Of a stretch of DNA of 40,001 bases, positions 23,261 to 34,560 are shown piece by piece. This DNA comes from Octopus bimaculoides. Taxonomy: Eukaryota. The stretch is from contig NC_068985.1 in assembly GCF_001194135.2 (NCBI RefSeq), positions 65,951,252 to 65,991,252 of the forward strand. The letters run 5' to 3'. A program made the position numbers and the translations under genes. The notes beneath the pieces were generated by a model. The model did no database searches. It was not told where the DNA came from and worked only from the letters and a program-made list of their open reading frames with translations. Position 1 is the stretch's first letter, and every line of letters begins with the position of its first letter.

Positions 23261-24560
23261 CATGTTACACTTGCTAACTCCACTGGAAATGGATGCTATA
23301 CCAATATTAGTAAAAGCAGTGTTAGTACAGATACAAGTAAATACATATATAGGCTAATTGGTTAATTATTGTCACCTCCATTGGTGTGTGTGTGTGTGTG
23401 TGGGGGGCACATATGACCATTAATACATAACAATGTTAATAGAGATACAGGTATGTAAATTACATAAATAGACAGGATAAGTGTAGGTAATTATATAAAA
23501 ATAATTCGCTGGTTAATTAATGACACAATAAAACTAAGTACTGCATAGTCATGTTTAGTTTTGTTTTCTTTGGTGCAGAGTTTGGTGCGTTTGTATTGCA
23601 GTAATGTGGATGCCACAACTGAGGAAGGGAGGTGCCATAAGAGATTCCCTGTACAAAAGAGTGTCTTCTGGTGTAGGTGGTGGGGGAAGGAATGGGTGGG
23701 CCCATATGGAAAAATTGGGGAATTAAAGCCATGCTGGTGGTTTTCAAAACACAGAACACAATGACTCAGGCTATAAGCAAATTTTAATGATAAAGTAGAT
23801 AGGATAAAATGGGATAGGCAGCTATCCATTGGGATGACATTGGAGTCATAACAGTAATGAAGATAGATAAGCAACTTAGGTGAGTTTTTACAGAGTGAAA
23901 AAGGGAGGAAAGAAGGAGCAGGCAATAAATTACAATTTAATTGAGTTATACCAAAAGTTAGATTAAAGTAAATTAAGATGGGTTAGAATCTCTGACGAAA
24001 TGAAAAAAGTCAACTTACCTGCACATAGCGGAGTGGATGTGAGTGATAGATAAGGTAAATCCTAATACCTAATATATATATATATATAAGTGTGTTTTTT
24101 TCTACTGCTGTTATGGTGACCTCTGCTCTTCAAACTGGTTAACCTCATGCCACCTCCACTCACTCGTGCATCTTCTCTTGTCACTCATACTTTGTTCACT
24201 CTTTCAGATATTGTACTAATGACTACATCTAGTTATCTTAGAACATCATTCCTCTAGAATTCCCTTTGGCCAACATAAGGCTCTGGTTGTTGATACTTTC
24301 AATTTACTCTATAGAGCCATGCCTGTGCAGTAAATCAGCCAAGTCTATTCTTAATAATAATAAGATTATTCCTATTATTTCTTGGACACTATGATAAAAA
24401 AATAACTTTGGGTTGAATATATATGTACATTCAATCTCATTTTGTTCTGTAGCAAACATTCCAATCCAAGGGGGCTTTCATTATTAGTTTATATAGATTG
24501 AGATGAATATTATTTGGGAGCATAGTGATAAAAAGGAAACCATTTAAGAGCCAAACTTAC

Positions 24561-25195
24561 CTGATGTTTGATGGAATCTTCTGGAAAGACTCCATCAGAG
24601 ATGTGTTCTTGACTACTAAGTTGGAAATTGGTTTCTTGCTTAAACTGACCATTACTGTTAAGAGTATCAGATGAGAAGGAGGATTCGACAATGAGATCAT
24701 TATTGTATCTATCATCATCATCATTAACATTATTATTGGTATCAGCATCCACATTATCATCATCAAGATTGATATTATTCATTTCAGACATATGATGTGA
24801 GAGTTGTAGTTGTTGTTCACAATGTTGTTGATGTTGTTGTTCAAGCAGTTTTCTTTGTTGCAGTATTTGTTGTTGATGAAATGAGTCTCTTTTCTGGTGA
24901 TGTTGCAGCATCGAATGACATCCTGAGTGCATCTGGATTTCTTCAGGAGTTGTTGGCAGCAGGGGTGCAAGAGATGGTTGTGATGGTGATTGTGGTAGTG
25001 GTGGTGTTGGTGGAGACATTTTGAATGTGTTGCTGCTATGGCTAACGTCTTCATTAATAGATATTGTATTGCATGGACTGAAAGTCATAGCATCAAAGAG
25101 AGGGATGATTCCATTTTCAACTTGGTCAGCTAATCGTCGCAGAAACTGCACAAATGCACCACGCATCACTGCTTCATTATAGACAATATCTTCAG
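24561..25195 (-). CDS. Coding exon (first visible) of a BEN-domain protein gene; Pro-, Gln- and Asn/Asp-rich region
   Basis: Stop-free 635 nt lying within ORF 24510..25214. Acceptor is tatatttcag|CTGAAG (phase 1) and donor is CATCAG|gtaagt (phase 0). The phase 0 end matches the phase 0 start of the exon at 15301. No upstream exon was found; an internal Met (MRGAF...) is a possible start. Confidence 0.75.
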
Positions 25196-25244
25196 CTGAA
25201 ATATAATTGTACATTTAGAGTTTAACTAAATGCTTTATACATTA

Positions 25245-25645
25245 GGTGCAGGCATGGCTATGTGGTTTAGAAGCTTTGTTTTACAGTCATGTGATTTTAG
25301 GGTCAGTCTCACTGCACAGCACCTTGGGCAAGCGCTTTAAGTATCTACCACAATAACCCTAGGCTGACCAATGTCATGTAAATGAATTTGATAGACTGAA
25401 ACTATGTGGAAGCCACTTGTGTATGTTTGTGTGTATGAGTGTGTGCATATGCATATCTGTGTGTTTAACCCTACATTGCTTGACAATCAGTGTTGGTTTG
25501 TTTACATCCTCCGTAATTTAACAGCTCAGAAAAAGGGACTTAAAAAAAAAAGAGACCAATAAAATAAGAATCAAGCTTTAAAAAAAAAGAACTGGGATTG
25601 AATTGTTCGATTGAATCCTTTAAGAGAGTGCCTCAACAAGGCCAA
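25245..25645 (+). mobile_element. SINE family 1, diverged
   Basis: ggtgcaggcatggctatgtgg...accttgggcaag...ttgcttgacaa...gagaccaataaaataag. It starts only 50 nt from the exon acceptor at 25195. Confidence 0.7.
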
Positions 25646-25874
25646 TGTATGAATGAATGAATGTATGTATGTATGTATGTATGTATGTATGTATGTATGT
25701 ATGTATGTATGTATGTATGTATGTATGTATGTATGTATGTATGTATGTATGTATGTATGTACGTATGTATGTACGTATGTATGTACATATGTATGTATGT
25801 ATGTACATACGTATGTATGTATGTATGTATATACGTATGTAGGTATGTATGTATATATGTATGTATGTATGTAC

Positions 25875-25905
<31 letters not shown>

Positions 25906-25935
25906 TGTATGTATGTATGTATGTATGTATGTGTG
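25646..25935. repeat. (TATG)n tetranucleotide array with TACG/TACA variants
   Basis: Direct inspection. Confidence 0.95.
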
Positions 25936-26842
25936 TCTGTCTGTGTGTATGTGTATATGCAAACATGCAAGTGTGCGTTAATTCATATATGTATGCACAT
26001 ACATGTCTGAAATAAAATGACAGGATAGTTACAGGCAGTTGTACACCACCAGTCTGCACTTAGACTAAAAACAACTAATTCAATAGTTTCTGGATTCAGT
26101 GGACCAGTTTCCATTTATATTTGAAACAACCTAATTTCACTAATATAACTATAATCTTTGAAGCATGCATATCATAACTCCTACTTCTTTCTTGCAGTAT
26201 TCAGAAACTATTCCAAAACCTCCTCTCCATCACAGATACTGTAAGAGAATTATAGCTGCGGTCACAAGCAGACATGTTTTTTGACACCATAAAATGAAGG
26301 GTCTTATTCAAAACTTTTCATATGCCATGTCAAAAGAAATCATTATCTTTATGGTCAATGACCTCACACATCCCTAATGCAATTTTTCACAGAGTTCTAA
26401 GCTGTTTCAATTTCTATATAGCTTGTCTTTTACATTTTCTTTCTGTCCATTTGCCCATGACTTTTAAGTCATTTTCAGACAGGAAGTTCTTTGTTAAATG
26501 TTATTTATACTACCAAGCATCGATACTGCTTTTTCACAATCCTATACATCACTGAAAAGTGAAACATCTATCTTCTTTATCACATACTTTGATTTTTATT
26601 CATACAGATAACATGCTCCATTGACTGCATTGTCAATCACCTTTTGCAGTTTGCAGCAATCTGCAACATATTCTAAGGGAATATGCACATGATGTAAACT
26701 GGCTTAAAAAATATTTTAATTTCCATGTCGATTAACACATTTTCTTTTCCGTTCCATTTGTTATAATTCAATAGTATTTATGAAATAATCTGTTATTTTT
26801 ATTTTTGTAATAGATGTTTCCTGTAAAATTATTATTATTATT

Positions 26843-27071
26843 GGCAAACTGGCAGAATTATTAGAGCATCATCAGAAAAATGCTTTGTGATATTTTGTTC
26901 CAGCTCTTTACATTCTGAGTTCAAATTCTGCCAGGGTCAATTTTACCTTTCATCCTTTCAGGGTCAATGAAATAAAATAACAATAAAAAAGAAATTAAGT
27001 CATCTGTACTGACTAACGCCTTCCCCTAAAAATAGCTGGCCTTTTTATCTAAGTCAAAAACTATTATTATT
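26843..27071 (+). mobile_element. SINE-like element, family 3
   Basis: tggcagaatt head, B box gagttcaaattc (26917), ctttcatcctttcagggtc body and an (ATT)n tail. Confidence 0.6.
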
Positions 27072-27399
27072 ACCATTATTATGGCCACCATACTGAGAAG
27101 ACATACAAAGCTGGAGCTCCATGATTTATAAGTGTTTAATCAAGTGTTTCAGCTGGTTGCAGCCTATTCAGTCAAATATTTTTTAATAATTGTCTTGAAT
27201 GCATTGTTTGGATTGCGATAGTAACATTTTTGGGTACATGCATCCCCTTTCTGGGGGTATAAACTCTGTAACAGTGGTTTTGCATTTTTGTGGAGACAAG
27301 ATTTCATTTATTTTTCAAATTTTAAAAGTTTTGGATTACGACAAAATCATAATAATCAACAGAGAGCAGCATTCTGTTGACACAGTTGTGACACAGAAT

Positions 27400-30300
27400 G
27401 CAACTGAAGTTAAAATTGATTTCTTGTTAAAGAGAAATAAAATTTCCTCTTGTTGCTATGATGGCAGTAACAAGTACCAAAGTACAAACAGCAGCAATGA
27501 CAGTGAGAACGAGGATGATGACAACAACAGCAGTAGCGACAATGTGAATGGCAACAGCACAAGCAGCAATAACAACAATAATAGCAACTATATCAATAAC
27601 AATATTAGCAACAACACGAGCAAGATTGAAAACAACAACAGCAACATGAACAACAAGACTGAAAACAACAACAGCAAAAAGAACAATGCAGTTATCAATG
27701 GTAACAGTATGGAAAACAACAACGACAACAACAGCAGCAACAGCAATAATGACATAAAGAATCACAACGAAGCTATATCCCTTTTGAGAACAGTGAGCCA
27801 ATGAACTGTCCATTCAGTTCCAGATTTGAAAAATAAAGCACTGCAATACAAAAGTGACATTACGATACCAGGTGTTATGTGCCTCAGTGAGGAAGAAAAA
27901 ATTCCCTGAGTCAAGAACCTGCTGATTCACCATGATCCAGTGAGAGTTTTAGCCATTCTGGAGGAGTGTGGGGAGATTGTGGAGGTGAAATTCACCCCAC
28001 AACTCAATAGGACTGGAATTCTTATGGAATTCCAAATACTAGTTTCTCCTGAGGAAATAAATCATATTCCCGAGTTTTTCTGTTTTGGGGAATGCAAACA
28101 GATGCCCAATTATATAGAAAAGAAAAGAAAAAATGAAGTGTTTTGTGTGTGGAAATATGAACCACCTCAAAGCCTTTTGCCCTGCGGTGGAGAAAGCAAG
28201 AAGCTCTCCACTGTTACTACCAACTCCTCAAGGTGTGGACAAAGCTACTACCTTACATATACCACCTTCCTCCAACTCAGGCCTAACAAAAGCAAAGACA
28301 TTGACATCACACCAAAAGGCCTTTGTTGAGGATAAGAGAAAAACTGAATCTGAAGCAAACAGAAACCATCCCAAATTAAAGGCCCTAAGACATGATGGTG
28401 AAAAACAAAATTTGTCACTACACAAATTAAAAACAAGTCGACACTAACATCAACACCTTCATCACAACAGAACCCAATTTTGCAAACACATTCACAACCA
28501 CAAAACACATGTAAACAAAAAGAAACACCCAGAAAATAAAATGACCAAGAGTCACACTTTTGGGTACATACTTCCTTCATCAACTCCATTGGTGTTCAGA
28601 AGAGCAACATTGAATTGATTGAGGAAGTAATTAATAAAAACATTGTAACAACTGGAGAAGGTTTCGCAGAATGTCTCCTGAAAACTCCATCAGACAGGAT
28701 GTTAATCCAAACAGATACGGATACGGATACGTATCTCGATTTGAAACAAAAATTCCCCCAGGACACTGGGTGGTTTAGTAAGTACCTAAAAAAAAAAAAC
28801 TTTCTAGAAAAAACCCTTCCCCACTTGACAAAAAAGAAGACTATGCCAACAGTCATCCCTGAAAACCAAGGTACATAACCTTAAAGTAGGCTGTGTAAAT
28901 GTTCAGGGCCTGGGTTTGGCTTAGAAGCAGGGTCACCTGCTCAACGATCTCAGGCCCCTTAATTTAGATCTGACAGTAATTAGTGAGACAAGAATTTCTG
29001 GGAAACTTGCTCTAGCATCCATTTTTGAAGACTGTGTGGTATCCTCATCCTGTAGTCTGTTAGGCAGCAGTGTAGCAGTGTTATTCTGAAAATCCTTAGG
29101 TCTCAAAGTAAGGGCAGTCATCTTCGACCTGGATAGTAGGTTGGTGGTCCTAGATGTGAATGGCAGTGAAGGTGGTACCTTTATATTGGTGGCCATGTAT
29201 GCCCTGGCAAGGGCTGGAAGGTCAGATTTCTTCAGGTGTCTAGAAACATTCTTGGGAACGTCTCACACTTTAGTACTAGTGGTGGACTGGAATAGTATTT
29301 TAGATGTGCAGCAGGACTGTGTGGGTCTTGTACATAGAAGAAGTGGGTGTAAAAGCCTTGAGAACCTGCTCAGAAACTTCCCTGATGTGCCAGTGAGGAC
29401 ATGGAGCAACCACAATAGGTCATCCAGATAGCATCTAGAAAAGTATTTGTTAGGTCAGTGGATAGGGACAGCATAGGGTGTCCTCAATTCAAATTGGCCA
29501 GCTATATAGACCACAAATTTGTGATCTGCACAGTCGATTTAGATAGGACTCATAGACAGGAACCTGGTAACTGAAAACTGAATACGTCCTTTCTGGCATG
29601 CAAAGACTACAGGGACCGGATTAGTGAACTGGTTAAGCGGCAGTTGGTGGGGGCAATCATCAACAATTGGTGATGGATAGCCCTGAAGAGGGCGATTAGA
29701 GCAGAATCGACAGCATTTAGCAAATAGTTAGAAATAGATTAGAGGGAGAACTAGTTAGCAAACTAGAAGAGCTGAGTAGTAAAGGCATTGTGACTGATGT
29801 GTTAGTGGCAAGAATGGCTCTTGACCATTACTTTGAGGTGAAACACGAAAGATGCATTGTCAGAGCTAAGGCCCATGTGCTAAATCATGAGGGAACTAAA
29901 GCTGTCTGATGGGCCTGAATGGTGGAGATGCAATATGGCAACAAAACTACAATTGGGTCTTTGATAGATTGGGACTGGCACATGATACATGGTTCTGAGC
30001 AGATATGTGTGGCTTTTCAGTAGCACTTTGCGCAACTGTTTGAGGAGGGTGATGGGTCAACAACGGTAGCAGACTTTAGTTCATACTTGGATGGCCTGCC
30101 ACAGCTCTTGGCCTGCTGCAAGGTTCTGCGAAAAGCCAATAATAGCCACTGAAATACAAGAGGTGATGAGTGTTTGTATAAGTTGCAAATCGCCAGGTTT
30201 AGATGGTTTGCCCCATGAATTCTATGTATTCATGCCAGATTTGCTTGGTGGCCTCTTGGCAGACATCTACTGCAACTGGCAGCAGAATGGGAGAATTCCT

Positions 30301-31800
30301 AGAGCTGTTAGTTGGTATGTGGTGACACTGTTGAAGAAGGATGCCGATAGTGGAGATGCACAAGGGAATTTTTGACCAATAATTCTGCTAAAGACAGTAT
30401 TTTAGATTTTGGCCAAGGTTTTAGTGAAAAGGTTGGTGCTTGTCATTGGTAGTTTAGTAGGGGAAGCACAAATGTGTGCAATCCCCAACAGGTCTATCCA
30501 TGACAACCTCCACCTTATGCAATACATCACAGAGTGGGCTGGGACTAAAGCTGGCTTTGGTGGAGCCCTGATAAATTTGGATCAATCAAATTTATTTGGT
30601 AGAATTGACCATTGTTACTTGGAAGTCATTCTTAAAGAGGCCAATTTCAGACCTGTTTGCAGAGGCTGGATTGCTGCAATGTACAGCAGCATCTGCTTGG
30701 TGATCAAATTAAATGGCCATCTATCGGAACTGTTTAGCATGACATGCTTGGTCCGTCAGGGCTGCCCATTGTCACCTCTTCTGTATGTGCTGGCTCTCAA
30801 CCCACTGCTATAGTAGTTGGAACAATTGAGGGGCATCCCTTTTGAATTGGAACATGGTAGAGCAGTGTTGGCATACATGGATGATGTCACTATCATAGCG
30901 TTGGACACCTCTTGCAGGGGCCAAAACCAATGCCAAGAAGTTGGTGGGCTTGTGACTGGGCACCTGGAGAGGCAGGTTGATGCCATCAGATGGCATTGTT
31001 GGACACTAGACTGATGGGTCAGTTAAACTGCTCAGTGTCTGGTTTGGTCCCAACCTCCATGCTTGGGGTCTGGTTCAGTCCTAACCTCCAGGGATAAGAA
31101 CTGGGATGAAGTGATGAAAAGGATGGCCAGTTATACCCAGAAATGGACTGAGAGGAAGCTGTCCTTGTAGGCAGTGGTGAATGCCTACATTGCTTCCATC
31201 ATCATTTATCATCTGACAGTTGTGCCTAGCCCCAGTTATTGCTTGATCAAGGTGGAGCATCTCTTGTTCATTTTCTAGTGGAAGGGGCATGTTTCAGTGG
31301 TCAGACAGCAGTCTGCTGCCAGCTCTCTCTGAGTGGTGGCTTAGGTATGCCATGGCTTTTAATGTGCAGATACATGCTCAGGGTGTGCCACCTGCAATGA
31401 TCTCTAGAAGATGAACATGTGTGGGCTCTGTTTGTGCAGCATGTTTTTCTGTAACTCATCTCTTTGATGAGTTACAGTCCTGGGTGAAGGATAGACCAAG
31501 ACTGGGCGCCAGGTACCTAGAATGTTGTCAGGTGCTCTATCAGTTGGGTGATAGGAATAATGGATGTTCCACTTTAGCTATATATAGAGGATTAGTGGTG
31601 GGGAAGTGCAATGACATCCTAGGAGAGACTTTGGGCATTGACGAAGATGAACTGGCTAGTCTGTTCTGGATGACTTTCAGCTGGGGACTATTACGGATAA
31701 TTTCCAGATGTCTTTGGCTTGGCAGTGTTACCAATTCAGGATAAACTCTACAGGCATGGATGTACTGTCAGACAGGCTTGTCTGAGGTGTTTGCAGAGAA
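27400..31800 (+). mobile_element. Tx1/L1-group LINE, decayed (ORF1 with CCHC knuckle; ORF2 APE plus RT), 3'-truncated
   Basis: ORF1 has CFVCGNMNHLKAFC. APE motifs are VGCVNVQGL, ISETR and VVDWNSIL; RT motifs are KSPGLDGLP.EFY, ALINLDQ, VRQGCPLSPLLY and AYMDDVT. The sequence ends at the start of the C-terminal CxxC. Confidence 0.88.
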
Positions 31801-31858
31801 GTAGCACTGAAATACTGACTGACCACTTAGAAATTCTCAGTAGCCAGAGAAAGGAAGA

Positions 31859-32314
31859 ATGAAGCCAAAAAACTCTGCCGCAGCAAAGAAATCTCTGTTC
31901 ATAAGGACCAAAAGAATCAAGAACAAAATGATGCCATATGATGATAGTACATTGTCGAGTGAAAGTGAGTCTGAGATGGAAATAATTTATGATGACACTA
32001 ATGACTCTAGAGAAGAAGATCAGAGTATCATCGAAGGTGATTTTGTCATAGTCAAAGTCTCAGGGAAAAAATCGAGAATCTTTCACTACATTGCAAGAGT
32101 TGATGCCTTTGAAGGTAATGAGTTTGAAGAAGTTTTTCTTTGTTGGGTGTTGAGCATGAATGACCAAGCTACATTTGTTGTGGACGCCAAGGATGAAGCA
32201 CTTTGGTCAAAGTCAGACATCGCAAAGAAATTACCAACACCAGCCATTCTTGGAACATCCCGCTGCACACATTTTCAGTTTCACTGTAATCTCGATGGGT
32301 GGAAACTGCAGTGA
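31859..32314 (+). mobile_element. Intact 151-aa ORF resembling the C-terminal tail domain of pogo/Tigger-like transposases
   Basis: A basic then acidic linker is followed by EGDFVIVKVSGKKSRIFHYIARV...FVV...DIAKKLPTP...FQF. TIR-like tandem caactctcc repeats lie at about 32610-32640. Family assignment is from memory. Confidence 0.5.
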
Positions 32315-32629
32315 TTTTGACATCGACTTTGACATCTTGTGTTCTTAACATTCTATATTTCTTTGAACTTTAGACTCCTGGACTCCAAGTGATTGTTTGA
32401 CTCAAGAAGAGTGTTGAAACTTGCCTTTCCCTGTGTTTTGCTTCATATTTGACTGTTTTTAGACTCTGTTAGCAAATGTTATTGTATTTCCATTCTTGAA
32501 ATCATGGATAATTATGGCGGCGATTATTATTGTACCAGAACTTATACTAGGTAATGCAGGCAAATTCACAGGCGAAACATATCTTATCCTACTCCCATTA
32601 TACAAGGTGGTACAACTCTCCCAGGTGGC

Positions 32630-32900
32630 TCAACTCTCCTCACCCTGCAGGAGACTTGTGGCATTTGACAAATTTTTTAAAACTGAGTATGACTTTGAAA
32701 TGCACTGCCAATGAGTATTGAACAGGGAACTTCTTTCACAGATAAGTTTTAATAAGATGTTAATTGTTTCATCGAAACATATCTCACTTGGTTTCTTTGG
32801 CAGAATATAATTACAATACTTTTCATGTTTGACAGGGGATAATTTTCTTAAAAGTAGTTCCATTTTTTCTCATCAGTCCAATTGCCTACATGTGGGTTGT
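32630..32900 (-). mobile_element. Ty3/Gypsy gag-like fragment
   Basis: NWTDEKKMELLLRKLSPVKHEKYCNYILPKKPSEICFDETINILLKL..ERSSLFNTHWQC resembles invertebrate Gypsy (K02A2.6-like) gag. Confidence 0.6.
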
Positions 32901-33331
32901 GAGGACATGACATGAACTGAATAGTGTGAGGTAGTCACTTGACATTTCAAGAGCAATTGTGACAATGATGTTGAGTAATGTGCTTGTCATGTGTGTGCAT
33001 TGTTTTCTCTCTGATATCAGTGTGATAGTATTGTGCAATCAGAGACAATTAGCACTACTGGTAAGTAGTTCAAGTATCTGATAAATGAGTTAGAAAAACA
33101 TTGATCTGAGCCAAAATTAGTTAAAAATTTTGATAGCATTTTATCTCCATGTGTGATTGCTAATATTAATGTAAGTGTGAATGGATACTTAGTTATAACT
33201 GTTAAATGTGTATATATATATATATACCGGAGTAAGCACATGAAATGTGCAACAAGGTGGAAAAAAGTGTACTCAAATACCAGAGGTAGAGTAATATGCT
33301 TTATTTAAAAGCAGCAGAAATATAACAAAAG

Positions 33332-33371
33332 ACTGTTACTCTGAGTTTCACGTTCCCGTTCATCGGACAGT
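33332..33371 (-). ncRNA. Mirror copy of the variant hammerhead-like motif
   Basis: Exact reverse complement of 33384-33423, inside the perfect 76-bp inverted repeat. Confidence 0.65.
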
Positions 33372-33383
33372 TTTGTTAGAAAA

Positions 33384-33423
33384 ACTGTCCGATGAACGGG
33401 AACGTGAAACTCAGAGTAACAGT
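33384..33423 (+). ncRNA. Minimal type I hammerhead-like motif with variant core CCGAUGA
   Basis: Reads ACUGU-CCGAUGA-ACG GGAA CGU-GAAA-CUCAGA-GUA-ACAGU. Stem I is 5 bp, stem II is 3 bp with a GNRA loop, stem III is ACU/AGU, and the triplet is GUA. Core position 4 is C instead of U. Confidence 0.65.
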
Positions 33424-33455
33424 CTTTTGTTATATTTCTGCTGCTTTTAAATAAA

Positions 33456-33491
<36 letters not shown>

Positions 33492-33908
33492 TTTTATTAA
33501 AGTTGCAAAATTATCACAAGACTTACTCAGAGTTTTGCATTCCCATTTGTCGGTCCAACAAACAGAAAAGTGAAACTTTGAGTAACAGTCTCATGAGGAT
33601 TTTGCAGCTTTAATAAAAGCATATTACTCTATCTTTGGTATTCAGGTACTATTTTTCCCACCTTGTTTTGCACTTATGTGCTCACTTGTGTGAAAATATG
33701 TATATATATATATACATTTGAGTTTAGGGAGATATTATCCAAATGGATACTGTGGTAGCTCTCAGTTACATTCCAGATTATGGCTAACCACATCAATTAG
33801 TATTTAAAGTTTATGATCACTATAAGAAGTCACTCACGCTATAAATTCCTCCGATGGGTAATTCCAAGTTTGCTTCACTGGATAGTAATATTATCTGAAG
33901 TGTATATG

Positions 33909-34507
33909 AACAATAATTATAGTGGTAGAGAATATGGAGACTGGTACAGCCTCAAGATTTACTTCCTTTTATTTTACAATGTCATGCAGCATATTTTTAT
34001 GGTTATGATGACCAATATGTGTTTCCACTACACAGTGTATGGGCAATTGCATATAGAACCAGGCATAATTTTCTGTGTAGCTTCAATCAGGGTCTTTTAA
34101 CCAGCTTGGCTCAAAGTGAACTGAATTCAGTTAGATGTTTATTGGTTAGGGTTAGATAGAATAGTGACTTTGGCCAGCAACTGTCAAGTTCAAAATGAAA
34201 ACTGAAGTCAACCACCCAAGTTTGCAAACAGATTAGATTTCTGATTCAAAACAACCTTCTCTCACTTTCACCTGAAACCTAACCAATAAACAGCTGAATT
34301 CAGCTTGCTTCAAGATAAGCAGGTTGAAAGACTCTGAATGAAGTTTCACAGAAAAGTATGTCTGGTGCATATGCAACCACCTATACTCTGTGCCGTGGAA
34401 ACATGTATAGGTCATCGTAACCATAAAAATATGCTGTATGACATTGTAAAAGGAAATAAATTTTGAGGATATACCATTTTCCAAATTCTCTATTGTTATA
34501 ATTATTG

Positions 34508-34509
<2 letters not shown>
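33909..34509. repeat. Old diverged inverted repeat with ~240-bp arms
   Basis: 33909-34150 aligns by eye to the reverse complement of 34278-34509, with shared blocks such as tacaatgtcat.cagcatatttttatggtta and ctgaattcag...tttattggttagg. The arms carry many substitutions. Confidence 0.8.
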
Positions 34510-34555
<46 letters not shown>

Positions 34556-34560
34556 CACAC

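Larger units (their letters stand above)
33227..33690. mobile_element. Foldback hammerhead-bearing element beside (TA)n, four alternating segments
   Basis: Segments run 33227-33374 (-), 33381-33456 (+), a (TA)n tract, diverged 33491-33556 (-) and 33570-33690 (+). All share gaaact..gagtaacagtc or its complement. (TA)n flanks both ends. Confidence 0.65.

Noticed and set aside
24013-24070. Strong minus-strand donor CAG|gtaagt at 24019 as an extra BEN exon
   Set aside because: The nearest AGs give 43- or 50-nt exons that break the 0/0 phase, and there is no polypyrimidine tract.
26200-26700. Possible decayed transposase or upstream BEN exon on the minus strand
   Set aside because: Multiple stops, no diagnostic motif, and no compatible phase 1 donor found.
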